The notes: generated from the sequence alone by a model not told the origin. A stretch of 64,000 bases of DNA from Candidatus Enterousia sp. (GCA_045646625.1 JAZRLB010000013.1:22310-86309), one strand, 5' to 3'; positions 16,669-25,647 are shown, counted from the first letter of the stretch. Numbers and translations are program-made.

Positions 16669-18386
16669 TTGGACACCCCTTTCAACAGTGCATCCAATTC
16701 AGATTCCAATGTCATTATTTCCGCCATAATGTCTTCGGATTTGCGTGGCGGGGTGTATTTATAGAAATAGCGCGTAAATGGTATTTCGTATCCGATTTTT
16801 GTCTTGGATTCATCTATCCACGCATCGGGGGCAAATGGCAAAACCTCGCGCTCAAAATACGTCTGAATATCTTCGGTCAATGGGATGTTTTCTGTGTCGC
16901 GTAACTTTGGGTCGGCAACCGGTTTACCTTTCTTCAAAACAATATCACCGTTTTCATCACGCAATGGACGTTCAACAACAACCTTGCGATATCCGAATTC
17001 ATCTGTATTGAATATTTTGCTGATTTCTGTTTCTTTGAATTCGCTGTATACACGTGTTATTTCTGCAATCGCACTTTCTGGAATGTCGTGTCTTTTGTCG
17101 CCTAATGCCTTTCTACGTTTTTCATACATCTCACTTGCATTGATAAGTATGACTTTGCCTTTACGCTGCGCAGGCTTTCTGGTTGATAATACCCAGATGT
17201 ATGTAGCAATGCCGGTGTTATAAAATATGTTGTTGGGCAGTCCGATAATCGCATCCAGATAATCATGTTCCAACAGGTATCTGCGTATTTCTGATGGGCC
17301 ACTGCCGGCATCGCCACTGAATAACGGCGAACCATTTTGAATAACACATGCCTTACCTTTATCCGGATTCAATTTGTTGATACAGATTTGCAGGAACAAC
17401 ATCTGACTGTCGCTGACCGGTGGCAGACCTGCACCAAAACGACCCGCAAACCCTAATTTTGCCTCGTTCTCAACGGCGGATTTTTCTTTCTTCCATTCAA
17501 TACCAAATGGTGGATTGGACAGAATGTACGAAAACTTGCTGTCTTCAAATTTATCATCCGCCAGTGTGTTGCCGTTCTTGATGTTGTCTGCGTTTTCACC
17601 CTTGATAAGCATGTCTGCCTTGCAGATTGCGAATGTCTTGTCGTTGATTTCTTGGCCATAGCATAACAACTTGGCATCCGGATTCATTTCTTTCAGATAT
17701 TCAGATGCCACAGACAACATTCCACCCGTTCCCACAGTCGGGTCATACATGGTTTTTACGGTTGTATCAGTCAAGATTTCATCATCGCTGTCAAACAAGA
17801 TATTTACCATCAACCGAATAACCTCTCGCGGGGTATAGTGTTGACCGGCTGCGCCATTATGTGCTTCTGAAAAACGTCTGATGATTTCTTCAAAGATATA
17901 CCCCATTTCCAGATTGCTTATCTTATCTGGGTGCAGGTCTGCTTTGGTTGAACAAAATTCTTGGATGATGATATATAACAGGTCTTTATCAACCAGTCGT
18001 GCAAGTTGCTTATCAAAGTCAAATTTTTCAATGATGTTTTGAACGTTTTCTGAAAAGCCCGCCAAATATGCCTTGAAATTACTTGCGATATTGTTTGGTG
18101 CATCCAACAGCTTTTCAAATGTAAATGGGCTGATGTTATAAAATTGAACCCCGCTGGCCTTTTTCAGCCTAACATCTATCAGTTCTTTGTTATCCAATCC
18201 TTGAACGGCCCTGTGTTCTTCTAAAACCTTGTCCTTGGTGTTGGCAAGTATACAATCAAAACGTTTTATCACCACAAATGGTAATATAACTTCGCCGTAT
18301 TCATGTGGTTCAAACGGGCCGACCAGTTTGTCTGCAATCGCCCAAATCAGATTTGCCTTTTCCTGTACGTTGGCACTCAAACTCAT
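16665..18386 (-). CDS. hsdM: Type I restriction enzyme, M subunit (N6-adenine DNA methyltransferase)
   Basis: 573 aa. AdoMet-binding region DPTVGTGGML and catalytic NPPF (ILSNPPFGIEW). Confidence 0.93.
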   Translation of the reverse strand: MSLSANVQEKANLIWAIADKLVGPFEPHEYGEVILPFVVIKRFDCILANTKDKVLEEHRAVQGLDNKELIDVRLKKASGVQFYNISPFTFEKLLDAPNNIASNFKAYLAGFSENVQNIIEKFDFDKQLARLVDKDLLYIIIQEFCSTKADLHPDKISNLEMGYIFEEIIRRFSEAHNGAAGQHYTPREVIRLMVNILFDSDDEILTDTTVKTMYDPTVGTGGMLSVASEYLKEMNPDAKLLCYGQEINDKTFAICKADMLIKGENADNIKNGNTLADDKFEDSKFSYILSNPPFGIEWKKEKSAVENEAKLGFAGRFGAGLPPVSDSQMLFLQICINKLNPDKGKACVIQNGSPLFSGDAGSGPSEIRRYLLEHDYLDAIIGLPNNIFYNTGIATYIWVLSTRKPAQRKGKVILINASEMYEKRRKALGDKRHDIPESAIAEITRVYSEFKETEISKIFNTDEFGYRKVVVERPLRDENGDIVLKKGKPVADPKLRDTENIPLTEDIQTYFEREVLPFAPDAWIDESKTKIGYEIPFTRYFYKYTPPRKSEDIMAEIMTLESELDALLKGVSK

Positions 18387-18501
18387 AACATCATCTCCTT
18401 TTATTCCTGATATTAGTAAAAAGAAAAAAATTGCACAATAACAAAAAACTAGGCCTATTTTTTTGGCAAGATATTATTGATGAAAAAAAGATTATAAAAA
18501 T

Positions 18502-18544
18502 ACTTTATAAACTTCTTGACAACTTTATAAACTTTCTTTATAAT
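18502..18544 (+). promoter_or_regulatory. consensus sigma70 promoter for the XRE gene, interleaved with ACTTTATAAACTT direct repeats (candidate operator)
   Basis: TTGACA (18516-18521), 17 nt spacer, TATAAT (18539-18544). ACTTTATAAACTT at 18502-18514 and 18522-18534, plus a third partial copy CTTTATAAT at 18536-18544. Confidence 0.7.
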
Positions 18545-18577
18545 GTCATCATCAGAACAAAACAAAAGGAATAAAAC

Positions 18578-19114
18578 ATGGCTGGATACAGAACGCGATT
18601 TGGAAAATGGCTGACAGTATTTTGCGCTGAGCGTGGAATGTGGATTGCCGACTTATCTGAATATTTGGGGGTAGCTCCTGCAACGCTTTCTTTGATAATT
18701 TCTGGTCAGCATCCTATCCCAACATTTTTGCGTGAAAACATTCTATCGGCATTTTGTTTACGTGCCAATGAAGTAAAAGAATTGGACGCAGCAATACAAG
18801 AAACTAAAACCGAGGCTGTTATTGTGGAGAGGGAATTTGAACAATGTGTCATGGTTCAAACGCCAAATCACGCAAAATGGACAAAGGAAATGATGGAACT
18901 GATGGCAAAAAAGGTCAACAGCATGACCGAAGAAGAGTATGTAAGAATAAGAAATAGTTTGATGACGGTATCTGAAAAAACAGAAGAAGAAACAGCAATG
19001 AATTTCAAACAGATGCCAGACGATATATTACATACACACATTCGTAGACGTTATACAAAAAGACCGGATGTCGCCGACAGAATCATGAATTATATAAAGG
19101 AAAATATGGAATAA
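18578..19114 (+). CDS. XRE-family helix-turn-helix transcriptional regulator with an unknown C-terminal domain
   Basis: The N-terminal about 65 aa (FGKWLTVFCAERGMWIADLSEYLGVAPATLSLIISGQ) has an HTH_XRE pattern. AAAAGGA Shine-Dalgarno upstream. Confidence 0.75.
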   Translation: MAGYRTRFGKWLTVFCAERGMWIADLSEYLGVAPATLSLIISGQHPIPTFLRENILSAFCLRANEVKELDAAIQETKTEAVIVEREFEQCVMVQTPNHAKWTKEMMELMAKKVNSMTEEEYVRIRNSLMTVSEKTEEETAMNFKQMPDDILHTHIRRRYTKRPDVADRIMNYIKENME

Positions 19115-19243
19115 AAACAAAATGGGATGAACAGGCGGCAACCTATTCACCCCAACAGAACCCTAAACAAGTTAGAGTTACTGCGACAAAAGTCATTTTA
19201 GCTTGTTTGGAATAAAAATCAAGAGAAACAAAAGTAGGCTAAA

Positions 19244-20545
19244 ATGGCAACCAAGGAAAACATTTCACAAACTTTAGTAAATAAAATCAATACAAAAATT
19301 GAAAAATGCCTACCTCAGGCAAATGTTATTTGGGACACAAAAACTAGCGGGTTCGGAATCCGTATTGGTAAAACAGGTGCAACATACATATTCAAATACA
19401 GAAACAAATGCAACCGTTGTCAAACCAAAACATTGGGCAAAACAAGCGATATGTCTGTAAATGAGGCGCGCGCCCTGCTGGACGAATTCAAACCAACAAT
19501 CAAATCTGACAGTCTGAGAATTTCCAAAAGGAACAGAAATTTTACAGTCAAAGATTTATGCGAAAAATATCAGGCAGAACATAGGGTTCGTGAAAGTACT
19601 AAAAGGGTAGACAAAAGCCGCATAATCCGACATGTCTTGCCAATCATAGGTGATATACGATTGTCAGATTTGACTACAGAAGATGTTCTGAAATTGCAGG
19701 CCGCGATTGCTACTGGCGACAAAAGAATTGTTATTGCAGGACATAAAAATCCAAATAATCCACATTCGTATACAAAGGTTACAGGTGGCACGGGATGTGC
19801 CAAGCGTGTTATGGAAATGTTGAACGCGATTTTGAATTTTGGTGAGGCGCATGACTTGCTTGAAAAAAATCCTATGAGTTCAAAAAAGTTTGAAAAAATC
19901 ATTCATAACAAAAAGGCGGCTGCATACCTTGATGAAGAATCTTTTGCACAATTTGGCTACGCAATAAGAAAATCTGAGTTGTCAAAAACCAAAGCTAGAA
20001 AAGATGCACAGGCAACAGACATCATAAAGCTATTGCTGTTGACTGGTTGTCGTAAAAGCGAGCTATTGGGGCTTACGTGGGATAGGGTGAATTTGAAACA
20101 ACAGTATTTCAATTTTGCACAAACCAAGACCACTGACGGCGAACAAATCAGGGTTTTTGGTTCTGCTGCGAAACGATTGTTAGAAGAAATGTATAAAAGC
20201 AAAAGTTCCAAATATCTGTTTCCAAGCATGGATAAAGACGGACAAGAAATACACCGGCAGGACTGTGGCAAAGCACTAAAAACAATTTGTGCATCTGTTG
20301 CTGGTCTGCAGGAAAAAATACATCCACACAGTTTACGGCATTCATTTGCGACCCAATGTAATGAATTGGATATCCCTGAATTGCAGATTGGTGGCTTATT
20401 AGGTCATAGCAACGGTGGTGTAACAGCGAAGTATACGCACAACAGAATGAAAAAATTGATAGCAAAGGCCGATATGGTGTCAGAAAGCATACAAAAACTA
20501 CTGAACAGCGGATATCAGAAAGCAGAAGCAGAAAATCTGAACTAA
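19244..20545 (+). CDS. int: tyrosine-type site-specific integrase (P4-like, with N-terminal arm-binding domain)
   Basis: N-terminus WDTKTSGFGIRIGKTGATYIFKYR (DUF4102-like). Catalytic region TGCRKSELLGLTW, HPHSLRHSFAT, LLGHSNGGVTAKYTH (R..H-x-x-R..Y). Confidence 0.92.
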   Translation: MATKENISQTLVNKINTKIEKCLPQANVIWDTKTSGFGIRIGKTGATYIFKYRNKCNRCQTKTLGKTSDMSVNEARALLDEFKPTIKSDSLRISKRNRNFTVKDLCEKYQAEHRVRESTKRVDKSRIIRHVLPIIGDIRLSDLTTEDVLKLQAAIATGDKRIVIAGHKNPNNPHSYTKVTGGTGCAKRVMEMLNAILNFGEAHDLLEKNPMSSKKFEKIIHNKKAAAYLDEESFAQFGYAIRKSELSKTKARKDAQATDIIKLLLLTGCRKSELLGLTWDRVNLKQQYFNFAQTKTTDGEQIRVFGSAAKRLLEEMYKSKSSKYLFPSMDKDGQEIHRQDCGKALKTICASVAGLQEKIHPHSLRHSFATQCNELDIPELQIGGLLGHSNGGVTAKYTHNRMKKLIAKADMVSESIQKLLNSGYQKAEAENLN

Positions 20546-20558
20546 AGGGGGCGTAATT

Positions 20559-20792
20559 ATGAGCATTGCAACAGAATACATTACAGAAAAAGACTTATCG
20601 GTGTATCTTACAAAGGAATGTGGATTGCCGACTTCAAAAAAGTTATTAGAAAAACTGAGGGCTCAAGGTAAATCACCTGCGTTCAGAAAATGGGGACGAA
20701 CAACAGTCTACGCGCGTAACGATGTTGATGAATGGGTTAGCAATAAGATGGCACACCTGTACAAATACACCATGTCAAACTATGCAAAATAA
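20559..20792 (+). CDS. AlpA/excisionase-family DNA-binding protein
   Basis: 77 aa, immediately after int. The pattern ITEKDLSVYL...TVYARNDVDEWV is typical of MerR-like Xis/AlpA HTH proteins. Confidence 0.7.
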   Translation: MSIATEYITEKDLSVYLTKECGLPTSKKLLEKLRAQGKSPAFRKWGRTTVYARNDVDEWVSNKMAHLYKYTMSNYAK

Positions 20793-20810
20793 GCATCAAA
20801 ATCTACAAAG

Positions 20811-20831
20811 TGCTCCAAAATTGCTCCAAAA
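20811..20831 (+). promoter_or_regulatory. tandem TGCTCCAAAA repeats (candidate integrase arm-type sites), right end of island
   Basis: TGCTCCAAAA at 20811-20820 and 20822-20831. Same orientation and 11-bp register as the left-end pair. Confidence 0.55.
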
Positions 20832-20926
20832 CACAAGAAAATGCGACAAAACAAAAGGAATAAAAAATGAGTGTATACAGCAGAAATCTAGGAAAAATTC
20901 AAAAAACAAATAATCAAGGGAGAATA

Positions 20927-20968
20927 ACGATGTCAACGTAACGCTCTAACCAACTGAGCTAACCACCC
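20927..20968 (-). pseudogene. attR-type repeat: orphan 5' fragment (positions 1-42) of tRNA-Val(GAC)
   Basis: ACGATGTCAACGTAACGCTCTAACCAACTGAGCTAACCACCC. One mismatch to 10075-10116. No 3' half follows. Confidence 0.85.
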
Positions 20969-20982
20969 GATTAATCCAAGCG

Positions 20983-21010
20983 ATTATAACAAGTTTTTTA
21001 TCAATTGCAA
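20983..21010 (-). promoter_or_regulatory. near-consensus sigma70 promoter (probably the native tRNA-Val promoter), now upstream of the orphan tRNA fragment
   Basis: Minus strand: TTGCAA (21010-21005), 16 nt spacer, TGT-TATAAT (extended -10; TATAAT at 20988-20983), 14 nt before the fragment 5' end. Confidence 0.65.
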
Positions 21011-21026
21011 ATTTTATTTGTCTTTT

Positions 21027-22307
21027 TTATTTGTATTCAGATACCAGCTGCTGAATCTGGGCCGATAACACCAGGTCAGATGCCAACTGTTTTTCAATTT
21101 GTTTGATTGCGTACAATACTGTTGCATGATCGCGACCGCCAACAAAGTTTCCAATTTCTGATAATGACAACTGGGTCGCCTGCTTCAATACAACCATCAT
21201 TGTCTGACGTGCTAATACCAATGCACGGGAACGACCTGAACCACATACTGCATCGTATGACACACCCAATTTTTCGCACATTTCACGAACCATTACAACA
21301 GGCGTTTTTGTCGTTGTCAATGTATCCGCCAATAAACGCTGGGCAACATCCATAGTCACGTCCGCACCCATCAGATCAACATATGCGCGAATCTTTTTCG
21401 CAACACCTGCAATCATATGACCATCGTTAGCAACGCGCGCACACAAGGCGTCTGCAACATCAAATTTTACACCCGCGCGACGCAACATAACAGATTTTAC
21501 ATGCGCATTCGGCGCAACAACATCCGCAACCAGACCAGACGCCATCAAAGACTGGGCATGACGATCAAAACCAGTCAGATTGTTTGGTGACGCATTGGCA
21601 GTCAAAACAACATTCTTGCCCGCGTTGCGCAAATCTACAATCAGTTGCATAAATTCATCTGTGGACGCACGTTTGCCGGACAGCGCCTGGACGTCATCCA
21701 AAATGAATGTGTCACATTTGCGACAGAAGTCTTTGAATGCAAAAACATTGTGTTCTTTCAGGCTGCGAGTGAATTCAGATACAAATTGCGCGCCAGACAT
21801 TTTTACAACACGACCATTCGATGCGCCAGATATGCATTCTGTCAGTAATGTTTTACCGCAACCAGCCACACCATAAATAAATAATGGTGAAAATGGAACT
21901 GAACCAGATGCAACCTTTTTGCAGGCAGAAACAACAAACAAATTATCATCGCATGTGACAAAAGAATCAAATGCAATATTTGATGATGCAGGCGCAGTTG
22001 CAGGCGCATAAGACTGGGCACGATTGTCGTTCGCAACAGGTGCAGATACAGGTGCCGCAGAACTGCGTACAACAATCTTTAATGACAATCCAAAAGAAGA
22101 TGCAACAGACGACAATGTGCCAAAATGTACGCCATTAATAAAGTTTGCAGAAAACTGATTTTGCGCACCCAAAACCAAAGTAGAATTTTCAATGTCAATC
22201 GTCAGTGGTGCAATCCAAGATGTATATGTCGCAGTATCAAATTTCGCAGCAATGGCCCCCTTGATTGTTTCCAAATTTGCGTTCATTGTTTCTGCCACTG
22301 TTTGCAT
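21027..22307 (-). CDS. dnaA: chromosomal replication initiator protein DnaA
   Basis: AAA+ Walker A GVAGCGKTLL, Walker B FILDDVQ. C-terminal DNA-binding domain (LSLSEIGNFVGGRDHATVLYAIKQIE). Start at MQTVAE with AGGAGAA Shine-Dalgarno. Confidence 0.93.
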   Translation of the reverse strand: MQTVAETMNANLETIKGAIAAKFDTATYTSWIAPLTIDIENSTLVLGAQNQFSANFINGVHFGTLSSVASSFGLSLKIVVRSSAAPVSAPVANDNRAQSYAPATAPASSNIAFDSFVTCDDNLFVVSACKKVASGSVPFSPLFIYGVAGCGKTLLTECISGASNGRVVKMSGAQFVSEFTRSLKEHNVFAFKDFCRKCDTFILDDVQALSGKRASTDEFMQLIVDLRNAGKNVVLTANASPNNLTGFDRHAQSLMASGLVADVVAPNAHVKSVMLRRAGVKFDVADALCARVANDGHMIAGVAKKIRAYVDLMGADVTMDVAQRLLADTLTTTKTPVVMVREMCEKLGVSYDAVCGSGRSRALVLARQTMMVVLKQATQLSLSEIGNFVGGRDHATVLYAIKQIEKQLASDLVLSAQIQQLVSEYK

Positions 22308-22587
22308 TCTTTTTCTCCTTTCCTTCCCTGGGGTGGGTTGTAAAAGACACCTGCACAAAAACACCTTTTAAGGATATTTCTTGTTGCCTTTTCTTCCCTG
22401 TGTTGGTTTTTTCAAACCCGTTTTTTTTGATTAACCTTTCGTTTTGGATACGTCAAATAAGTTATAAGATAAAAATCAATTTGCAACAAAAGGATGACTC
22501 TTTTTTGCGGAATGTTTGTTTGACAACGATTCGGTTTTTTGGCTGATTTTCGCACGTTGTATATACACTGTATAGACATAAAAACTT

Positions 22588-23610
22588 TTACGCACGAACG
22601 TATCCACCATCAACTTTTCTCACAAGTCCGCCCAATTCCAATACAACTAATTCACTTTTGATTTCCGAAATCGATTTTTTGACAATTTCTGCCAATACAG
22701 ATTCTGACACAGGAATTGTTCCCAACGCGTCAATCAGATTATTTTCCCCATCATTTTTTTTTGATTTTTTTTCATTTGATGTCTCTTTTTTTGATACTCC
22801 AAAAAAATCTGACACCCCCATACATAATTTTGCCACCCCGGACCGAATCAATGAATTGGGCCCAAAAGCCCGTAAATCCGATGGATGCGACGGTATTGCC
22901 CAAATTTGGCGATTTAATTCCGAGGCGAATCGGGCCGTTGTCATTGAACCTGACTTTATGTCCGCTTCGCCAAGAATTAAACGAGGTGACAAACCAGCCA
23001 CGATTCGATTACGCTGAACAAAGTTTGTCGCAACTGGTGTAAAGCCCACAGGCATTTCACTGATTACTGCACCGTGCGAGATAATATCCCAATACAAAAC
23101 TTCATTTTCCAACGGCCAAATATAATCCGCACCACCCGCAAGAACCGCAATCGTTCCTGCCCCACCTTTTGCGCGCAGCGCCCCACGATGCGCAGCTGTA
23201 TCTGTGCCAATTGCCATACCAGAAACAACCGAGATGCCGTTTTCAGCAAAAGCATGCGAAATATCCGCAACTAATTCCATGCCAGCTGCCGTTGCATGAC
23301 GTGTGCCAACAATGGACACCATATCACGACGCAATATATCCAGATTGCCACGCACCGTAATAACAGGTGGATGATTTTTTGTTTCACGCAGAGCAGATGG
23401 ATATAAATCATCATCATCACTTATATAATATATATGTAATTGTGATGCGCGCGCCATTTCAGATGATACTGTGTCACGCAACTGGGTCGTCGGATTCAAT
23501 GCACGCACCGCGTCATCCAAATTGCCAAAACGTGAAATCAAGGCATTATATTTTGCCGCACCAATCCCAGGTGTACGCATAATAAGTAATTTATTAAATA
23601 TGTCTGACAT
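22588..23610 (-). CDS. dprA: DNA processing protein DprA/Smf
   Basis: VSGMAIGTDTAAHRGAL Rossmann-like core, an N-terminal SAM-like region and a C-terminal winged-helix tail. Confidence 0.88.
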   Translation of the reverse strand: MSDIFNKLLIMRTPGIGAAKYNALISRFGNLDDAVRALNPTTQLRDTVSSEMARASQLHIYYISDDDDLYPSALRETKNHPPVITVRGNLDILRRDMVSIVGTRHATAAGMELVADISHAFAENGISVVSGMAIGTDTAAHRGALRAKGGAGTIAVLAGGADYIWPLENEVLYWDIISHGAVISEMPVGFTPVATNFVQRNRIVAGLSPRLILGEADIKSGSMTTARFASELNRQIWAIPSHPSDLRAFGPNSLIRSGVAKLCMGVSDFFGVSKKETSNEKKSKKNDGENNLIDALGTIPVSESVLAEIVKKSISEIKSELVVLELGGLVRKVDGGYVRA

Positions 23611-23651
23611 AGTTCCTATCTTATTAAAATATAATATATAAATAAAGTGCT

Positions 23652-23676
23652 AATAAAAATCCCCCAACGGGGGATG
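23652..23676 (-). terminator. intrinsic terminator of the secreted-protein gene
   Basis: Minus strand TCCCCC-GTT-GGGGGA followed by TTTTTATTA. Confidence 0.65.
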
Positions 23677-23682
23677 TTTATT

Positions 23683-24585
23683 TTATTTCTCTTTTGCACA
23701 CGTCGTTTCACTTAAACTGAACGCGTATTCGTATTCTTTACAAGCTGGAAACTTATCATCGCCGCTGGTCCAACCAGAATTTTCACACGCACATTTCAAA
23801 TCACCCAGATATTTAATAAAGCGATTATATTCATTTTCATTATCCTTTTTCAATACGGCCAATTGAGATTGCAACAGTTCCAGACCGTCTAAATCTTTTT
23901 GCCCCTCGACCGCACCACCAATCAGTTTATTACCAAATAATTCCATTGAACCAACACCAATGGCCGCGCCACCAACGACCCCACCAACGGTAGCCCAGGT
24001 ACGTGCAGACTTTTTAGCATCCAAAATACGAGACTTTAATGTATCATATTCCGCCCATTCACCACATGTAATATTGTTCCCCATTTCATAATATTTACTT
24101 GGGATATCAGAAACATTGATTTTTGCGTCGTCTGATTTCAGCTCAACCTTGACAAAACAGGTGTTGTTATCCGGTTCTTCTAGGTCTTCTATCATAGTTG
24201 AATAATTACCTAAATTACTATAACGAGACGCCCAAACAAATGTGTTGCCAATTCCAATATTGTTCTGCAGACAGGCACGCTTTTCCCGTTCACGTAAATC
24301 TTTTTCGGCGGGTTTCATTTCCGGCGGAGTGACCGCCAATTTATCGTCATCAGTCGCATCCTGGTCCGGCTTTGCGACCGTGCCAGCGTTATCAGATGCG
24401 ACCTTTTCATTCTGGTATGCCATGTTTGAAATCTGCCCCTTGGATGCAACTGTGCGTGGCGCCGCCATCATCTGGTTTGACATAGATGCACGACCGCGAC
24501 CCGTTGCAGGCGCCATACTGGGCGCTGCTGCAATGGCAGATGTAGCCGCCATAAACACTGTTAAGATTGGCAGTATCGATTTCAT
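23683..24585 (-). CDS. secreted or membrane protein of unknown function (300 aa, signal peptide, 7 Cys)
   Basis: Start at MKSILPILTVFMAATSAIAAAP (signal-peptide-like) with AGGAAAGAGA Shine-Dalgarno. Gly-rich hydrophobic segment WATVGGVVGGAAIGVGS. The upstream extension in the ORF track is unlikely. Confidence 0.65.
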   Translation of the reverse strand: MKSILPILTVFMAATSAIAAAPSMAPATGRGRASMSNQMMAAPRTVASKGQISNMAYQNEKVASDNAGTVAKPDQDATDDDKLAVTPPEMKPAEKDLREREKRACLQNNIGIGNTFVWASRYSNLGNYSTMIEDLEEPDNNTCFVKVELKSDDAKINVSDIPSKYYEMGNNITCGEWAEYDTLKSRILDAKKSARTWATVGGVVGGAAIGVGSMELFGNKLIGGAVEGQKDLDGLELLQSQLAVLKKDNENEYNRFIKYLGDLKCACENSGWTSGDDKFPACKEYEYAFSLSETTCAKEK

Positions 24586-24682
24586 ATTCTCTTTCCTTTG
24601 TACTAAATACTTTATGGGTACATTGTACCATAAAATGCCTAAAAAAACAATAAAAAAAACAGGGAAACATCCCCGTTTTTTC

Positions 24683-25270
24683 TTATTTTTTCCATTTCCA
24701 TTCAATCTTGGATTCAGATCCGGTCATCAAACGTTTTATATTTGCACGATGGCGCCACATACACAGCAGACCAATTGCCAAGAACGCAAAGCCCGTCTGA
24801 ATACTGATCGCAAACCCCAAAACTGGAATCAAGCAAAATACAATCACCGCACCCAAAGACGAAATTCCCGATGTTAACGCAACCAACAACCATTCAATAC
24901 CACATACTGCAAAGGAAACTGGACTGACCGCCAGCAATGTACCAAACAATGATGAAATACCCTTGCCACCTTTGAATTTTAACCAAACCGGATAACAATG
25001 CCCAACAATCGCCGCAAAGCCACACCAGGCGCCAAATGCATCGCCCCCTATATATTTACCAATGAACACAGCCGCAATGGCCTTGACCATATCAAGAACC
25101 CAAACCAGGCCCGCCATACGCAGCCCGCCAACACGCATAACGTTGGTTGCGCCGATATTTCCACTGCCAACCTTTCTTAAATCGCCCTTGCCCGCAAGCT
25201 TGGTCAGAATCAATCCCATTGGAATCGAACCAAAAAAATAAGACACAATTAATGCAATAAAGTACAACAT
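24683..25270 (-). CDS. plsY: glycerol-3-phosphate acyltransferase PlsY
   Basis: FGSIPMG...GSGNIGATNVMR motif. Polytopic membrane protein of typical length. Confidence 0.92.
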   Translation of the reverse strand: MLYFIALIVSYFFGSIPMGLILTKLAGKGDLRKVGSGNIGATNVMRVGGLRMAGLVWVLDMVKAIAAVFIGKYIGGDAFGAWCGFAAIVGHCYPVWLKFKGGKGISSLFGTLLAVSPVSFAVCGIEWLLVALTSGISSLGAVIVFCLIPVLGFAISIQTGFAFLAIGLLCMWRHRANIKRLMTGSESKIEWKWKK

Positions 25271-25343
25271 ATTATTTTCCCTTGATTTTATGATTATTTA
25301 TTATAAAATACCAAAATCAAAACAAAAATAAAAGGAAAATAAC

Positions 25344-25604
25344 GTGGCAAATCATAAGTCATCTGAAAAAAGAATTTTGGTAACAGCCAAGAAAAACGCG
25401 ATCAACACAGCACGTCGCAGCGCAGTGAAAACAGCGACTAAAAAAGCTTTGGTTGCAATCGAGTCTGGCGATAAAGCGGCGGCGACAACAGCGGCACGCA
25501 ACGCAGAAAGCAAAATTATGAAGTCTGCGGGCAAAATTATGCCAAAGAAACGCGCAGCACGTAAGATTTCAAGATTGGCAAAGAAAGTTTCCAAAATGGC
25601 TTAA
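25344..25604 (+). CDS. rpsT: 30S ribosomal protein S20
   Basis: MANHKSSEKRILVTAKKNAINTARRS. GTG start. Basic 86-aa protein. Confidence 0.93.
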   Translation: MANHKSSEKRILVTAKKNAINTARRSAVKTATKKALVAIESGDKAAATTAARNAESKIMKSAGKIMPKKRAARKISRLAKKVSKMA

Positions 25605-25620
25605 TGTTGTTTCAGAAATA

Positions 25621-25647
25621 AAAAATCCCCCGATTGGGGGTTTTTTT
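25621..25647 (+). terminator. rpsT intrinsic terminator
   Basis: CCCCC-GATT-GGGGG followed by TTTTTTT. Confidence 0.8.

Larger units (their letters stand above)
10075..20968. mobile_element. integrative genomic island (about 10.9 kb) in tRNA-Val(GAC), carrying a Type I R-M operon, integrase, Xis/AlpA, XRE and a Rep-like gene
   Basis: A 42-bp direct repeat (41/42 identical) at 10075-10116 and 20927-20968. Tyrosine integrase and AlpA-like gene sit at the right end. TGCTCCAAAA arm-type repeats occur at both ends. By eye the interior looks more AT-rich than the flanks. Confidence 0.85.

Noticed and set aside
22308-22587. Possible oriC or DnaA-box cluster in the 280-bp dnaA-dprA spacer.
   Set aside because: I found no good TTATCCACA-type 9-mers. 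The best is GTATCCAAA at about 22442-22450, with 2 mismatches. I also saw no obvious AT-rich 13-mer array. In many alphaproteobacteria oriC is not next to dnaA. A computed DnaA-box and GC-skew scan would be needed.
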